NCBI RefSeq assembly: GCF_964194025.1
Contig: NC_134482.1
Location: forward strand, 13,826,001 to 13,890,000
Length of the DNA stretch: 64,000 bases
Reading direction: 5' to 3'
DNA from: Convolutriloba macropyga
Lineage: Eukaryota
How positions within the stretch are numbered: position 1 is the first letter of the stretch; each line of letters opens with the position of its first letter. The position numbers and the translations under genes are program-made. The notes below the pieces were generated by a model, which saw only the letters and a list, made by a program, of their open reading frames with translations, ran no database searches and was not told the origin of the DNA. Positions 25,289 to 37,480 of this stretch are shown in pieces.

Positions 25289-26096
25289 TTGTTACTACTA
25301 CCTAGCCGAGTTGTTCGATGTCAAGTCAATAGTCAGGCACCAAGTGTATTGGATTGTTGGAATAACTTCAAATATACCCCAAGATACGTGGTGCCATTGA
25401 CGAAAATACAACCACCAAATATAGTGGATAGAGCCGCAGTTTGTGTTATGGAGTTAAACGTAATGCATCAGCGAATTGAGGAACAGCAAAAGAAGATTCA
25501 CAACAGCGAAGTGCTGGGAAACAGCTCCTGCAGTTAAAATTTGAAGGTCAAAAGTTAATTAACCAATTACTTGACAACAAACGACTGCTTGATTACAATG
25601 GGAATCAGCAGGAGTCCTACAGGAGGCAGGTTAAAATATTGAAAAAAGAGTTGAAGGAGATTACGAATGTAGCCGAAACAAAGTCAAGAGAATGTATCGC
25701 TCTAGTGGATGAGCGGGAGTGTTTTTCTCGGGAGTTAGAGAAGGCCGAGTTAGATATCAGAAAACTAGGGAGCAGGCTAAGAACAGAGCAGACCTCAAAG
25801 AAGGTCATCCAGAGGAGGCTGGAGGCAATCAATGGAGACAGTCGACCTCCAAATTTTTTTGAGCTGCTATTCTTGCCACTTGGGGCAAATACCAGCACTA
25901 TCCAGCAACGTTTCAAAAAGTTGTCAATGCTCTGTCATCCAGGCCCGTTTCGTCGGGAGGACTTTTTCAAATTTATTCTTCATGAGAAACAAATAAGGAA
26001 AACGAGGAGGCCCGTAATAATTATGACAAGTACGGGATTGAAAAAGCAGAGGAATATTTGAACTCAAAAATGGAACCTGGAAGCTCTTGCTTGTGA
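25289..26096 (+). pseudogene. Coiled-coil + DnaJ (J-domain) ORF inside the Gypsy element, with about 2 frameshifts
   Basis: Heptad-rich KKELKEITNVAE...ELEKAELDIRKL, then NFFELLFLPLGANTSTIQQRFKKLSMLCHPG...EDFFKFI and, in a shifted frame, ENEEARNNYDKYGIEKAEEYL. Stop at 26096, 25 nt before the PPT. Confidence 0.8.
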
Positions 26097-26133
26097 GTTA
26101 GTGGAACACTCAAATTTTCTAAAAAAGAGGCAG

Positions 26134-27048
26134 TGTAGTAAACCATAGAAATTAATCTATGACATGCTCATTAAATGAATATTGAACGCATTATTCAAAA
26201 TTTTCAAAATAAAGGGGAGAACAAAAAGATAACCGGATTTTGACCATATAAAAACAGCATATGAAAACAATATATAAATATTGATGGGAATCATCACGGA
26301 ATTTCATCCTTACGGGAGACGTCAAAGAATGTTCTTGACGGGGTTCTTCAGGCAGGTAAACATTATCTGCTGGTTTAACTAACAGGGTCCCGTGCGGTAG
26401 AAAACAACTATGAGAAAATCTCAAAGAGATTAGAGAAATTGGTTAAAATAGCCTCAGCCTAAGAATAATCAACCATGGATACGACCGAAACCAAAGAACA
26501 CGACCGAAAGAAGTGTAATACGACCGAAACATGAATACGACCGAAACAAGTGTAAATAAAATGTTGTAAATGTGATTTAAACTGTAAATAAGTACAAAAA
26601 TTCGAGTTTATTTTAACTCATTTCTTAGAATTATTGTCAAAGACAAGTTTATATTTTTTGTAAATGTTTCATTTAATTTTTAAACCTGACGATGAACGCA
26701 ATGTTCGAAAACGTTCCTTTTAGTTTATCAATTTAAGTTTTAATTGACAATTACTTCTTTGCACCAAAGACCATACTAAAAACTAAAACCTCATATAATT
26801 GAGCTGCCTTCTTTAAATAGTTTTTCATCTTCTCATCTGTTGAAACTTCCTGTATTCCAATCAATAATTCTAACTCTGTATTAAAACGTTTGAATATTAC
26901 GTCTTCATAAATAAATTAAAGTCTTAAATAAAATTCTTCAAAATTAAATTAAAGTCATGAAATAATTGTTTCATGAGTAATCTCGAGGTTTAAAGTGCTT
27001 AAAAACCCCAACCCACACCGTAACCGTACACATTGCACGAATATTACC
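26134..27048 (+). repeat. 3' LTR (diverged, with a 265-bp insertion)
   Basis: Preceded by PPT AAAAAAGAGGCAG; colinear with the 5' LTR apart from 26498-26762. Confidence 0.9.
26682..26720 (+). ncRNA. Minimal hammerhead ribozyme motif (Penelope-like), one stem I mismatch
   Basis: aaac CTGACGA t GAAC-gcaat-GTTC GAAA ACGT TC cttt. Confidence 0.55.
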
Positions 27049-27091
27049 TAAACACTAATATAAAATGTAACTTAAAGTTATTCTATTTACA

Positions 27092-27129
27092 TTACAAACG
27101 TTTTCGCTCTATCAAGCATCATCAGGTAA
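27092..27129 (-). ncRNA. Minimal type I hammerhead ribozyme motif (Penelope-like)
   Basis: Minus strand: TTAC CTGATGA t GCTT-gata-GAGC GAAA ACGT TT GTAA. Stem I TTAC/GTAA, 4-bp stem II, palindromic ACGT in place of stem III. Confidence 0.7.
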
Positions 27130-28579
27130 AATCCAAGTTAAAGTTATGCTATTTACCGTTAAAATGATTTAAATTCAAATAGTTAACAAGACTATAATAA
27201 GAGGTTCTCGGAATATTCGTTTATCGGTTAGAACGAAAACTTCCGAAATTTCATTTTCCGATTTGTTTTTAATTTTTTTATTCAAGATCGTTGAATTTAG
27301 TATTTCAATGTCAACTCCTGGCTACGGTACTCATCGGTTGTGTCCAGCAATGGCTTCCTTTGTGCTATGTCTAAGGTTTCGAGAGGCATGAGTATTTGTA
27401 ATATCCAATCAATAACTGCAATCAAATAATTGGCAATTATTGCAATTTCAATTAATTTTTCCAAATCCCTGCATGATGATCTACCGGTGAGTCCTTTTTT
27501 GATGATCTGCCATCCGCGTGGTTATGTCTGCAAGTTTACCAGCATTGGTGTACCCGAATGAGTTTGCCCGACTTAAGTTTAGTAGTAGTAGTAGTAGTAA
27601 TAGGCTTTGAGGTTCCAGGGGCATCTTTGCGCGAATAAGAAGAGCTTTCAGGTTATTTGAAGCCGCAGTGAATTTCTCAGCCGTATTGAGGCCACCCCCC
27701 CCCCAACACTGAGGCAGGTTGCAATTGATTAGAGCTGCCACTAGCAGTTCGAGAGCATTCCGAACGGCTAGTGTCAGCTGCCGACGTTAGTCTGTTATGT
27801 TTACAAAATAAAATAGTACAGCACAATTACATTTGAGCCGCCAAACTTGGATATATATCAAATCCAAAAAAAACACTCATTGGGGAACTGCTTTGATCAT
27901 TGAAATCTGCGGTAACTAAGCCTTTGAGAGGGTTATCACGAGAGTACGTTGAAGAGGTCTTTCAGGGTAGCGCCTCAGTGAGTGATAACATGACGCACAG
28001 TTTTGGGATAATCTTGCGAGGAGGTTCCTAGAACCAGTTCCTAGAAGCGATTCATGCTCCTCCCCCACCACTCCACCAATAGCCCCCAGACGGCTCGCCA
28101 CGAGCCGCCCTCAATAAAGGGTTAGTAGACCAGAAAAGGGGGTATGATCGGAACAGTGAGCCCTCACTACGAAACGTCACGGTACCGCCATAGCGAACTG
28201 TATTTTAGCAGTATGCTAGACTCTAGAAGCCGCGTCAAAGGGTTGAATTTATACTAAAAATAAGGCGTCGAGCCTACCCCCATAACAGTACTACAGGTAT
28301 TATCAACCTGTTACTGGACCTCAGTTTATGGAAAATTTATAAAGACTAACAAAAATTCGTACAAACTGCTGTTGAGGTTGTGGGGCGACTTCAAGAACAT
28401 TTTTATCTGTAGTTGTCAGCCGACATCATCAAGATCATTACAAACATGCAACTTCTTAATAAGTTGATCACAACAGTTAGGCCAATTATTGGTATGGGTT
28501 ATAAAATCCGGCCCAAATAATCTGGGGAGCTCCGGAAAATCATTGAAATCTATTGACGTTAAATTTTAGATGTTTGTAG

Positions 28580-28784
28580 TGGTTGTCTGATACATCAATT
28601 AGGCTGTTGAAAGCTGCAGTAATGGAGGCTACGAGGGTCGGCGAAAACATCCCATTACTTCTTGCGCAAATTTGCGAGAATTTGGGCTGGAATGGAGCTT
28701 TTAGGATGTGTGAAAAAATGAGAAGTGCCCTAATATACAGGCGAAAAATAATCGGAAAAGAGGCATATTTTACGGAGCGTAAAG
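28580..28784 (+). CDS. STAT: STAT-like gene exon (coiled-coil region)
   Basis: AG|TGG start and G|GT donor in phase 1 matching the next exon. LLLAQICENLGW resembles STAT 'LQ.WCE.LA'. Confidence 0.55.
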
Positions 28785-28848
28785 GTGATTTGTTTGATGC
28801 TCAAATATCTTCATGATTTACCTTCTTTCAAAGAACTCACTATTTAAG

Positions 28849-29128
28849 ACTGTTTCGACAAACTGAGAGTAAAGCAGCATGAAATCTCCAAATCAGAATT
28901 CCTGATGTCCTTGTCAGCGGAGCAGAGGGCTATTAGAGACAGTAGGATTCAAGAAATTAACATGTTTATGGAGCGTTTGATCTCTTCATGTCTCAGCGTC
29001 ACGGATACGAGCTTCATTGCAAGGGAGAAAACAAGCCCAGAAAGGTGTTATTCCTTCGGGGAGATAGAACTACTGCTTAATCTAACGCCTTTTGATCACT
29101 TGGGTCTTAAAAGAACAGATGAGCGTAA
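28849..29128 (+). CDS. STAT: STAT-like gene exon (end of coiled-coil / start of DNA-binding domain)
   Basis: INMFMERLISSCLSVTD (cf. LL..LI.S.FVVE) and EIELLL (cf. VRLLV). Donor at 29124 (GTAAGT) or 29128 (GTAACA, in phase with 36070). Confidence 0.65.
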
Positions 29129-31032
29129 GTAACAAAGCAGTTTTTTCTCTACAACACCTGATGCGTTTTTGAATATACTAATTTGAAGATTCTGCACTAA
29201 CTACTTTATCATATTTTTTTTTGAAATGGAAGAAAGTCGCTCACCTAAAAAGCAATTGGTCAAATCAGGAGTGACAGGTCAATTCCTATGTATAATTATA
29301 ATTTTTGCTATTAGTCTGCAGTGTTCTACAAAGAGAAATCAGTAAGAAAGTTGACAAAGAAGAAACGTTCCAAAGAAAAATTCTAAACGCCAAGAGAGTA
29401 CCATTATCTTATTAATAGCTGTGATAGTCGATTAGTGCTAATTTTGGCTTTCTCTTGGTTTTTATATTTCAAAGAAATTGAATTGTATTGTGGGGCTGTC
29501 TTTTTAAGATATACTCGCACCTTTATCAATTTGAGTTCAGATTGAAATAGTGATTATAGTCAGGCTTGAGTCGTAAACGGAACAAAAAGCGAATAGTTTA
29601 ATGCGTAAAGTTGTTTCAAACTGCTTCTGAAGAAGAATGAGAAATTGATGTTTAACGAAATTTTCGGTTTTTGAGAGCTAAATCTTTTGAAACGCCATGT
29701 CAAGGAAGCTATCGTGGTTACTTTTTGACAAGGACAGCTAAATTTTCTTGTAGCTTTAGTTTCCACGCAACGAACGTGTATCTATCAAAGCTTCAACAAT
29801 CCTGCGTTACCGCTGGGAGCGGGATCCGGAAATGCATAAGCTTTGCATCATGGTGAAGCTTATCTTAGGTCAATTAAAAGGGCCCTCCCGTCTTAAACGG
29901 TAGTCGGTAAGCTTGGCTCTACAAGTAGACTTTTAGCGAATATGTCGATAAGCGACAGGAATCTAATGCAAAAAATACACAAGAATAGCGGTTTGAAGAA
30001 AATTCATTGAGAACATATTAACATAAAATTAAGACGAGTTTTTGATTCAGTATTTAAAGGTACTAGTAGAGTGGTCTAACACAACAACCTCTCCTTCCAA
30101 TATGGTTCCAATTAATGGTTCAAATGCGGGACGGATTCGTACTTAGCGCGCGCCATGGAGCGAGATAATGGTGCTACGCAGCACTCCAAAGCTGATTTTT
30201 GTGCTGCTTGTTTTTTTAATTGCTCTTGAACGACGTTTATAGCAATTATTGTAAACGTGTGTCTTTTTTATGCAAAATTTTTGCTTGACAGTTTTGACTT
30301 TTCGATTGACTTTTAGGCCCTTGACTTTTTCCGTTTCGTGTGATCTAAAATTCTCAATCACAATTTCAAGCAGCCGAACTCAATCGGGGGCAATTTAAAA
30401 GTCAAAGGAAAAGTGCGCCGAAACTGGTGCCATTTTCCACTTAAAAGTGGTATATGTTAGCCTCTAATGTGGTTATTACTATTGAACTTCTTAGTCCCAT
30501 TTAGACCACCCCCAACCCCCCCCCCCCCCCAACTGGAGCAGGCTGCAATTGATAAGACCTCCCGCTAGTCATTCGAGAGCAATACTTCCGACGCTTATGT
30601 TTTTTAATTGCTCTCAAATGACGTTTGTAGCAATCATATTAGTCCTGTTGGTCTTTATTTATGCGATTTTTCGCTTGGCCGATTTTTCGTCTGGACTATT
30701 TGACTTTTAGTCCACAAAAGCGGGATAAACAGGTAGCGTCCAGCGGGCCTTAAGTTCAATTAGACGCCCTTAGCCGCATTTTGTAGTTCTTCAAGTGTTC
30801 AGTGTAATGAAGCCAGCGGGAAGGCCGTAGTTTAAGGTTAAAATTTCTTTATTAGGGAGGTTTTGGAGCCCAAACTGTTGCATTGTTTCGTGTTTTTTCG
30901 TCATTTTTCGAATTTTTTGGTCAAAAAATTGAGGCCGGTTATAGTTGATTTAGGTCGTTTGCAAGACAAATACTTTTATGACCTTTTTAAGAGCTATGTT
31001 TTGGTAATCGAAACAACAAAAGGCAATTTCAT

Positions 31033-31521
31033 TAATAGCCGCACAGCGTTAGCTGGGGCTATTATTGGCCTTCTTTTTTTGTTTCGTCGCCAAGATTTTT
31101 GTTACGACCATATAACGTCACAACCACTTCAAATATGTTACTTGTTCATTCGTGCATGCAATTTCAACTGAAGCGCGTGCGTGGCGTCATTTTTCGCTCT
31201 TAGTGGAACGAGTTTTTTTGTTCATTCGCGTGATTAATTTTTTGGTCACACTTGACTTACCTCACTCTCAAAAATGACCTCACTTTGAAATTGTATTTTA
31301 TTTACTTTAATTCAGAGAGAATTCAAATGGGTGTGTGTTACTCAAAATGAAGGTTATTTGAGAGCAGCTAATAGGGCAGCAAAAACTGATTTTTAATCAA
31401 ACTGTAACATAACAGCCTTCAATGAAATGACAAATTTTTTTGGTCTGTCTTTTTTACCGTTTTTTTAGACTGCAGATCTACGAAGCTATTGCGGCTCTTT
31501 TCTGGCAATCTGCCAGTTATG
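31033..31521 (+). mobile_element. Non-autonomous Helentron/DINE-1-like element, family A (short form)
   Basis: 5' TAATAGCCGC plus internal IR GGCTATTA; 3' GCGGCT.TT subTIR + hairpin CTGGCA-ATC-TGCCAG + TTATG, then TT. Near-identical copies at 43634-44136 and 62479-62977. Confidence 0.8.
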
Positions 31522-31524
31522 TTA

Positions 31525-32950
31525 CTAATTTTCTATTTTTTTCAAGCTTTTCGAAAATTTTTGTTTTCGAGTTTTTTTTCAGTCCTAGATATCAAGGAAC
31601 CTCCTCTAAAGTTATATAATATATTACTGCAGTTTCTAGTGGTAATGGAATGGTATTCAACAGTTTACAACATTACGAATTTTAGCATTTTTTTTACAAA
31701 ACTTGAATTTTTTTCAGTTTTTTTCACAATTATTGTGATTATTCAGGTTTTTTCAACTTCAGGGGTCAGAAAACCTCCTTAAATTTGATAGTAAGTTATT
31801 AAAAATATTTTGATGAAGTTTTTTCAAATATTTAATTTTTTGTCCGGCACCAGGGACCAAGGAACCTCCTCCGGGGTTTGATGATAAACTGAAGTTTAGT
31901 TTCTAGCGTTAATGGAATGGTTATCTATTTCCTAATGACTCGAGTTTAAGAAATTTTTGATAAAATCTAATTTTCGAAAAAGTATGTACAGAGTTTTTTG
32001 ATTTTTTGAGCCAGTAACTTTATTTGAGGATTGATACAGTGATGCTGGATAGTCTCTTAAGACAATGAAATGTTTCGGATGATTTTAGTATCACAAATTT
32101 TAGCAAGATTTTGATAAATTTGCTATTGTTTTTAAATTTGTCATTGAAATTTGTCTAAATTTAAATTTTTTTTCTTTTTTAGTCTTCTCAAGCCTCAAGA
32201 GCCAAGGACCATCCTGTATGGTTTGCTAATAGGTTACTGCATAAATTTTAGATGTAATGGAATGTTCTTAAAGATTTTAATATGGCAAATGTGAGCAATT
32301 TTAAAAATGTTTGCATTATTATTCAAGGTCTCTTGAAACTGTTTCCCTTTTTTAGGTTTCTCCAGCCTCAAGTGCCAGAGAACCTCCTCTAGGGTTTAAC
32401 TATAGTTTACTGCATAACTTCTAGATGTACTGGAAAGCTTTTCAAGATTTTTATATCACGAATTTGAGCAATTTTTTTTAAAAAGCACTTTTTTTTCAAG
32501 TTTTCGAATATCTTTGGATTTTTTCGGGCACCAGGGGCCTGGGACCTCCTCCGAGGTTTTTTAATAAGCTGCTGCATAGTTTCAGGAGTTAATAGAATGG
32601 TTATTTATATCTTAATAACTCCATTTTTTGCAATTTTTTGATAAATTTTTTATTTTCAAATTTCCAAAAAATTATTATCTTGTTCCAAGATTATGGACCT
32701 TAATGAGCCAGTGAAACTATTTAAGGCTTAAAATAGGGATGCTGGATAGTCTCTTGAGACAATTAAATTGTTCTGAAGATATAAATATCATGAATTTCAG
32801 CACGATTTTTTTAAAGTTTGCAATTTTTTTAAAAAATTTTTGAATATTTTTGTCTTTTGTTGGCCAGTAATAATTCAGAAAAAGAAACGTTCTTCAAAAA
32901 TTTTAAAAACAATTGAAAATTTTAAGAAAATCTTGCTAATATTCATGCTG
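31525..32950 (+). repeat. Degenerate T-rich tandem repeat array
   Basis: Recurring gga.cctcct.t.gggttt..taata.gttactgca...tttctag.tgtaatggaatg unit; related blocks at 34420-34640 and 58000-58390. Confidence 0.7.
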
Positions 32951-35900
32951 TATTTAACGATCATTACTGGCAACTAAAACTTTTGAAGATTGGTTACAAG
33001 ACAGAACTGCAGAGACAAAAATTGGTTTGGAACATTTTTTTCACTGCGAAATGTGGAAACTGAATTTTGCACTTTCAGTTTTTTTTCTATATGATTTAAT
33101 TACTAACAAGGCTGGAAAAGCTGCAGAGGCGCATCGCATCATGGAAAATATTCCTAGATCCCTCTCTCTCTCCATTTCGTTCTTGTTCACGTTTTATCTC
33201 GCACACCATCTCTCTCTTTCTTTCTTTAACTCTTTTGTTGATGCCGCACATCAGCTGCTGTTATGCGGTGTGATGTTATCATCTATTACCTTCACCTCAC
33301 GCTTCTTCAACTAAGCTAAAGCTAGCGTCACTAAACTGTGGCTGGCTACTGCCGAAGCCAACTGCTCGCCGGTCGTTTGAAAGCAATTCGCCCGACGTTA
33401 GTCGGTTATGTTTTCTCGCTTGGTTTACCTGCTATTCTCTCGAAGGCTTTTGTGATAAAAGGTTTTGGGGCCCCAGTGAGGGACAAAATTAGTTGGTTAA
33501 TATTGCCTTTTCTACATCACGGATGAGCTGTTCTTGTTTGAGGTTTTTGATCTATTCATGAACCTTTTAGTCTCGGTAACTTTTGTATTACCGTTTAAGA
33601 TTTTTACATCAAACAAGGTCTTTCAAAGTCTTTTTCTCTTATAGTCCTGTTGCTCCGATGTGTAGCCAGCGTCAATTTAGTTGTTTTACTAGGTTTCGCA
33701 CAGGTTTCACTCCACAAATTTTTGTTTCAGCTTCTATATCGTGACAAACTTTGTCGACCAAGTTGGCAATTGAGCCGCGGATATCACTGCCCTAAATTTG
33801 TGTAGAAACACAAGTTTCTCAATTAATGTTTCCGGGCAATGTAGAACGAGAGCAGCCTGAATTGATTCTCTGTAAGTCCAGATAGAGTTTGCTGGCTCCG
33901 GATCCATACCTCAGGGCAAATTCATACTTCTCTGATTCGGTTGTTTTCTCTCACCTCAACTCTCTATTCTGCTGTCTTGTTTAAACTCGTTTTGTCTCTT
34001 CCTTGACTATAAGTGCCGCAATTCTTGCAGACTGTTCATACTCCATTCCTCTATCAACTGGAAGATGGGTGTTAATGCCGCCTTCGCGGGTTGGGAGAGA
34101 ACCATTTTTGGGCAATTTTGATTGTAGGTTGAGTGAATTGCTCTAGTTTTTAATTGCTCTCAAACGAAGTTCGTAGCAATTATATTAGTCCTGTTGGTCT
34201 TTTTTGCGATTTTTCGCTTGACCGATATTTCGTCTGACCCATTTGACTTTCCGGCCTTAAAAATTTTGTTTTTTGTCTTTTTTCGAATGTTTTTGTCTAA
34301 AATTGAGGCTGGTTCAAGTTGATAAAGGTCGTTGGCAAGACAAGTCTTTTTTATGAACTTTTAGAGAGCTATAGGTTTTGGTTGTACAAACAAAAACACG
34401 CAAATTTATACTAATATTAACATTTTTCAAGTTTTTTGAAAATTTTTGTGTTTTTTCGAGTTTTTCCAGCCCTAGGTGTCAAGTAATCTCCTCTAGGGTT
34501 TTATAATAGGTTACTGTATATTTTCTAGATGTAATGGAATGTTTTTTTATGATTTTGATATCACGATTTTAAGTTATTTAATAAACTATATTTTTCAAGT
34601 TTTTTGTATACTTGAATTTTTACATTACCAGGGACCTCCTCCAATTATATTAATCTTGTTGGTTCTTTTTTATGCGATTGTTCTCTTGGCCAATTTTTCG
34701 TCTTACCCTTTAGACTTTTCGTCCTCTGAAACAGGATATAGGTATAGAGTTCACGTAGATATTCGCCCGACGTTAGTCGGTCATGTTATTAGTTTGCTTC
34801 TGTACGGTTTTTTCGGAGAATCGGGATTGTTACTGCATGTAAAAATGAGTTCACGATGAACGGCATTGGTGAATGGTTTGGCTTTAAGCTACACCCTCAA
34901 ATTAATTTTACCCCTCTTGTCGTTCGAGAACAACCCCTCTTGTCGTTCGAGAACAGTCGTTCGATTCTCAGGTTATTAGGAAATTCAATTCTGTGGAATG
35001 TAGTTCAGAACTTCTGCTGCTATGTGTTTTTAAGATCTCTTGCAACATTTTCATGATTTTGGAAGTGATGATTTTGGTCACGCCGAATCAGGAAATTGAT
35101 TGAAAAAGCGAGTGATTTTGCGGCATAAATATTTTTACTCTAATTTTGAAGTAGATTGAGAACACGTTGTTTAACCAAAAATTCGATTTTTCCGGGCGGT
35201 TCATTTTCATTTCTAGGTTTTCTGTGAAGTCATAATAATTTTGAAATACAGGTCCGAACTTGTCCTGCAAGGTTTTTTTCATTTCGTCGAACAATTTGTC
35301 CCGCTTTACCTCAGTTTTACAGCTTGTTCAACATTTTGCTTGAAGTACTTTGGACTTCGTTTTAGTGTTTTCTCATTCTGTCGTTAGTACTTTTGAGCAG
35401 TTGTCGCTGAACAATATAGTCTCGAGACAACAGAAGCGTTATCCAAAAAAGAAATCAATAATAGAAACGAGATGAACCATAAAGCCAATTTGAAGTGCCA
35501 GCTACTTTTCAACATCGCTTTTATAACTCTTAGATACCATTTTAATGCTCATTGGTATTGGTACTTGCCCCCTGAACAGGTATATGTTCAACTTTGAAAT
35601 CTTATCGAAATAGGTCGCGTTTTAAAAAGTATTTTGTACAAAAATTGTTTTTCATTTTCTGTTCTTTCAATCCCAATTGGGGTTGTGGGAATCAATGGCA
35701 GCTGTTTTCCGGCGAGTGAAAAATGAGTTATATTTTTTCTAGACCGGCTAAGACCTGGCTAAAACAGATATCAACAGTATGAAATGAAATTCACGAAACT
35801 TTAGGAATAATATAGCTCAAATTGGCAAAAAATTTGCCTAAATTAGCTGATGTTAACTTATTGGTTGCGCGTGATTAACTAACATTTTGTTAGCTGACCA

Positions 35901-36069
35901 AGAATTAGATAATTAATTTGACGTTGAAAAAATAGTGATAGAAGTTAATTAATTTGACGTTGAAAAAAATAGTGATAGATAATTTGACGTGATAGAAGTT
36001 AAGTTCGCATGTAACTGTGATTAAAGTCGGGCAATATGTTTAAGCGGAGGAAGTTATCATTCAAAACAG

Positions 36070-36566
36070 TTTGAGGAATCGTCGCATATACCTTGTGCGT
36101 TCAAACGAGAACAAAGAACTTTTGGATCAAGTCCGGATGTATCAAAAGGATGCTTTGAAGCAATTGCTGAACAATCCCGAATCCAAGAAAAATTGCTTGG
36201 AGCTGGTAGAGGTAACCGAAAAAAGACCTCCGAAAGCGAGGAAGCTAATGAAGACTGGCACCTCTCTGGATCCGACAGTCGAGAAGATGCAGTCGAACAT
36301 TAAAGACAACCCTTACTTGTATCTTTTGAAATGGAACGATTTAGCAGCCACGTACAATGGCAGCTTCATAAATTTCAAAGATGATGGAAGGATTAAGTCA
36401 ACTAGTCGCGCGGCACAAAAGAAAAAAATTGACGCACCGCAATCGTCAAGTATCACTGACTCGGATGCGTATTTGGCCCAACGATATTACAATTTGATCA
36501 TTACTTTTGAGTGGCCTTCATTTTCGTTTTTCATCACCAACCCAAAGCGTCCAGACCCCGAAGAGC
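36070..36566 (+). CDS. STAT: STAT-like gene exon (DNA-binding domain)
   Basis: CAG acceptor and C|GTGAGT donor, phase 1 matching 40343. 165-codon open frame in AT-rich surroundings; IKSTSRAAQKK...SITD..Y.LIITF. Confidence 0.75.
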
Positions 36567-37480
36567 GTGAGTACAATTCTTTCTAATATGATGCGATTTT
36601 CGCGAGGGTCTTTTCTGTTCTTTTCATTTGTAAGACTTGAGTTGTTCTGATTGCCTGTAAAGATATTTTTGCAGATCTGTTCTCTAGGTGAGAGGTTTTG
36701 CTACTCTTGTCTTCAAAGAACAACAGTCTAATGAAAAGAAAACTAGTTGATTAGTTTCTCTCAAACATAGTTTGTTGTAGTTATTTGCGCCCTGTGTGTC
36801 TTTTCTGTACAACTTTTGGCTTGCTCATTTTTTTCGTCTGACCATTTTGACCTTTCCTCCTCAGAATCGGGATCAACTGTTGAAGCAGGAGGGTCTTTAG
36901 TGCTTCTCCATATCTCATAGAGCTCTATCAGTCTCAAAAGTATTTGTTAAACGATAATGAAAAATGCTCTGGAGGTATAAATTCATGATGAAAAATGGCA
37001 AGGTGCAATTCGGACACCCGACTTTTCCCAGCACTGTAACAGTTCCAGTAACAGCCTTTCCTTCCCTTGAAATTTCCTCTTTCCTTTTCCTTTTTTTTCC
37101 TTGAAATGTTTTCTCTTAGAGCCATTCAGCCCTCGAGTTTTCAAGTATGCGATTAACAGACTTATACTTATGGTGTGAAGGGCGACTCTTAGAAATTGAT
37201 CCCACACCCCCGCTGCTGTGCACCACCGCTGCGCTCACCTAACGCCCCCTCAATTAATCTAAAGCTAGCCTCACTAAACCGTGGCTAGCTACTGACGAAG
37301 CCAACCGCTCGCCGGCCATTTGAGAGTAATTCGCCGGACGTTAGTTGGTTATGTTTGTATATATCTGTATTTTAGAAAAAGATCTGGAAAGCCTAAGGCA
37401 GTTAGGGCTCAGAGTGCGAGCGCGACATAATAGCGCACAAAAAGTTGACGTGTAATTGCTCTCAAAGGAAGTGTCTTTTT

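Larger units (their letters stand above)
15368..27048 (+). mobile_element. Ty3/Gypsy LTR retrotransposon (decayed) with env-like and J-domain extra genes
   Basis: Two homologous LTRs starting TGTAGTAAACCATAG, PBS, gag-PR-RT-RH-IN order, and a PPT at 26121-26133. Confidence 0.92.

Noticed and set aside
15363-27053. Target-site duplication of the Gypsy element
   Set aside because: Flanks are TAAG and TAAA (3 of 4 match) and the 3' LTR ends CC; compatible with decay but not demonstrable. The diverged LTRs could also reflect recombination between two related copies.
27920-28490. Possible 5' exons of the STAT gene, including a 23-nt GT-AG micro-intron at ~27979-28001 and an exon at ~28412-28491
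   Set aside because: Phases could not be reconciled with the 28580 exon and there is no recognisable STAT N-domain motif.
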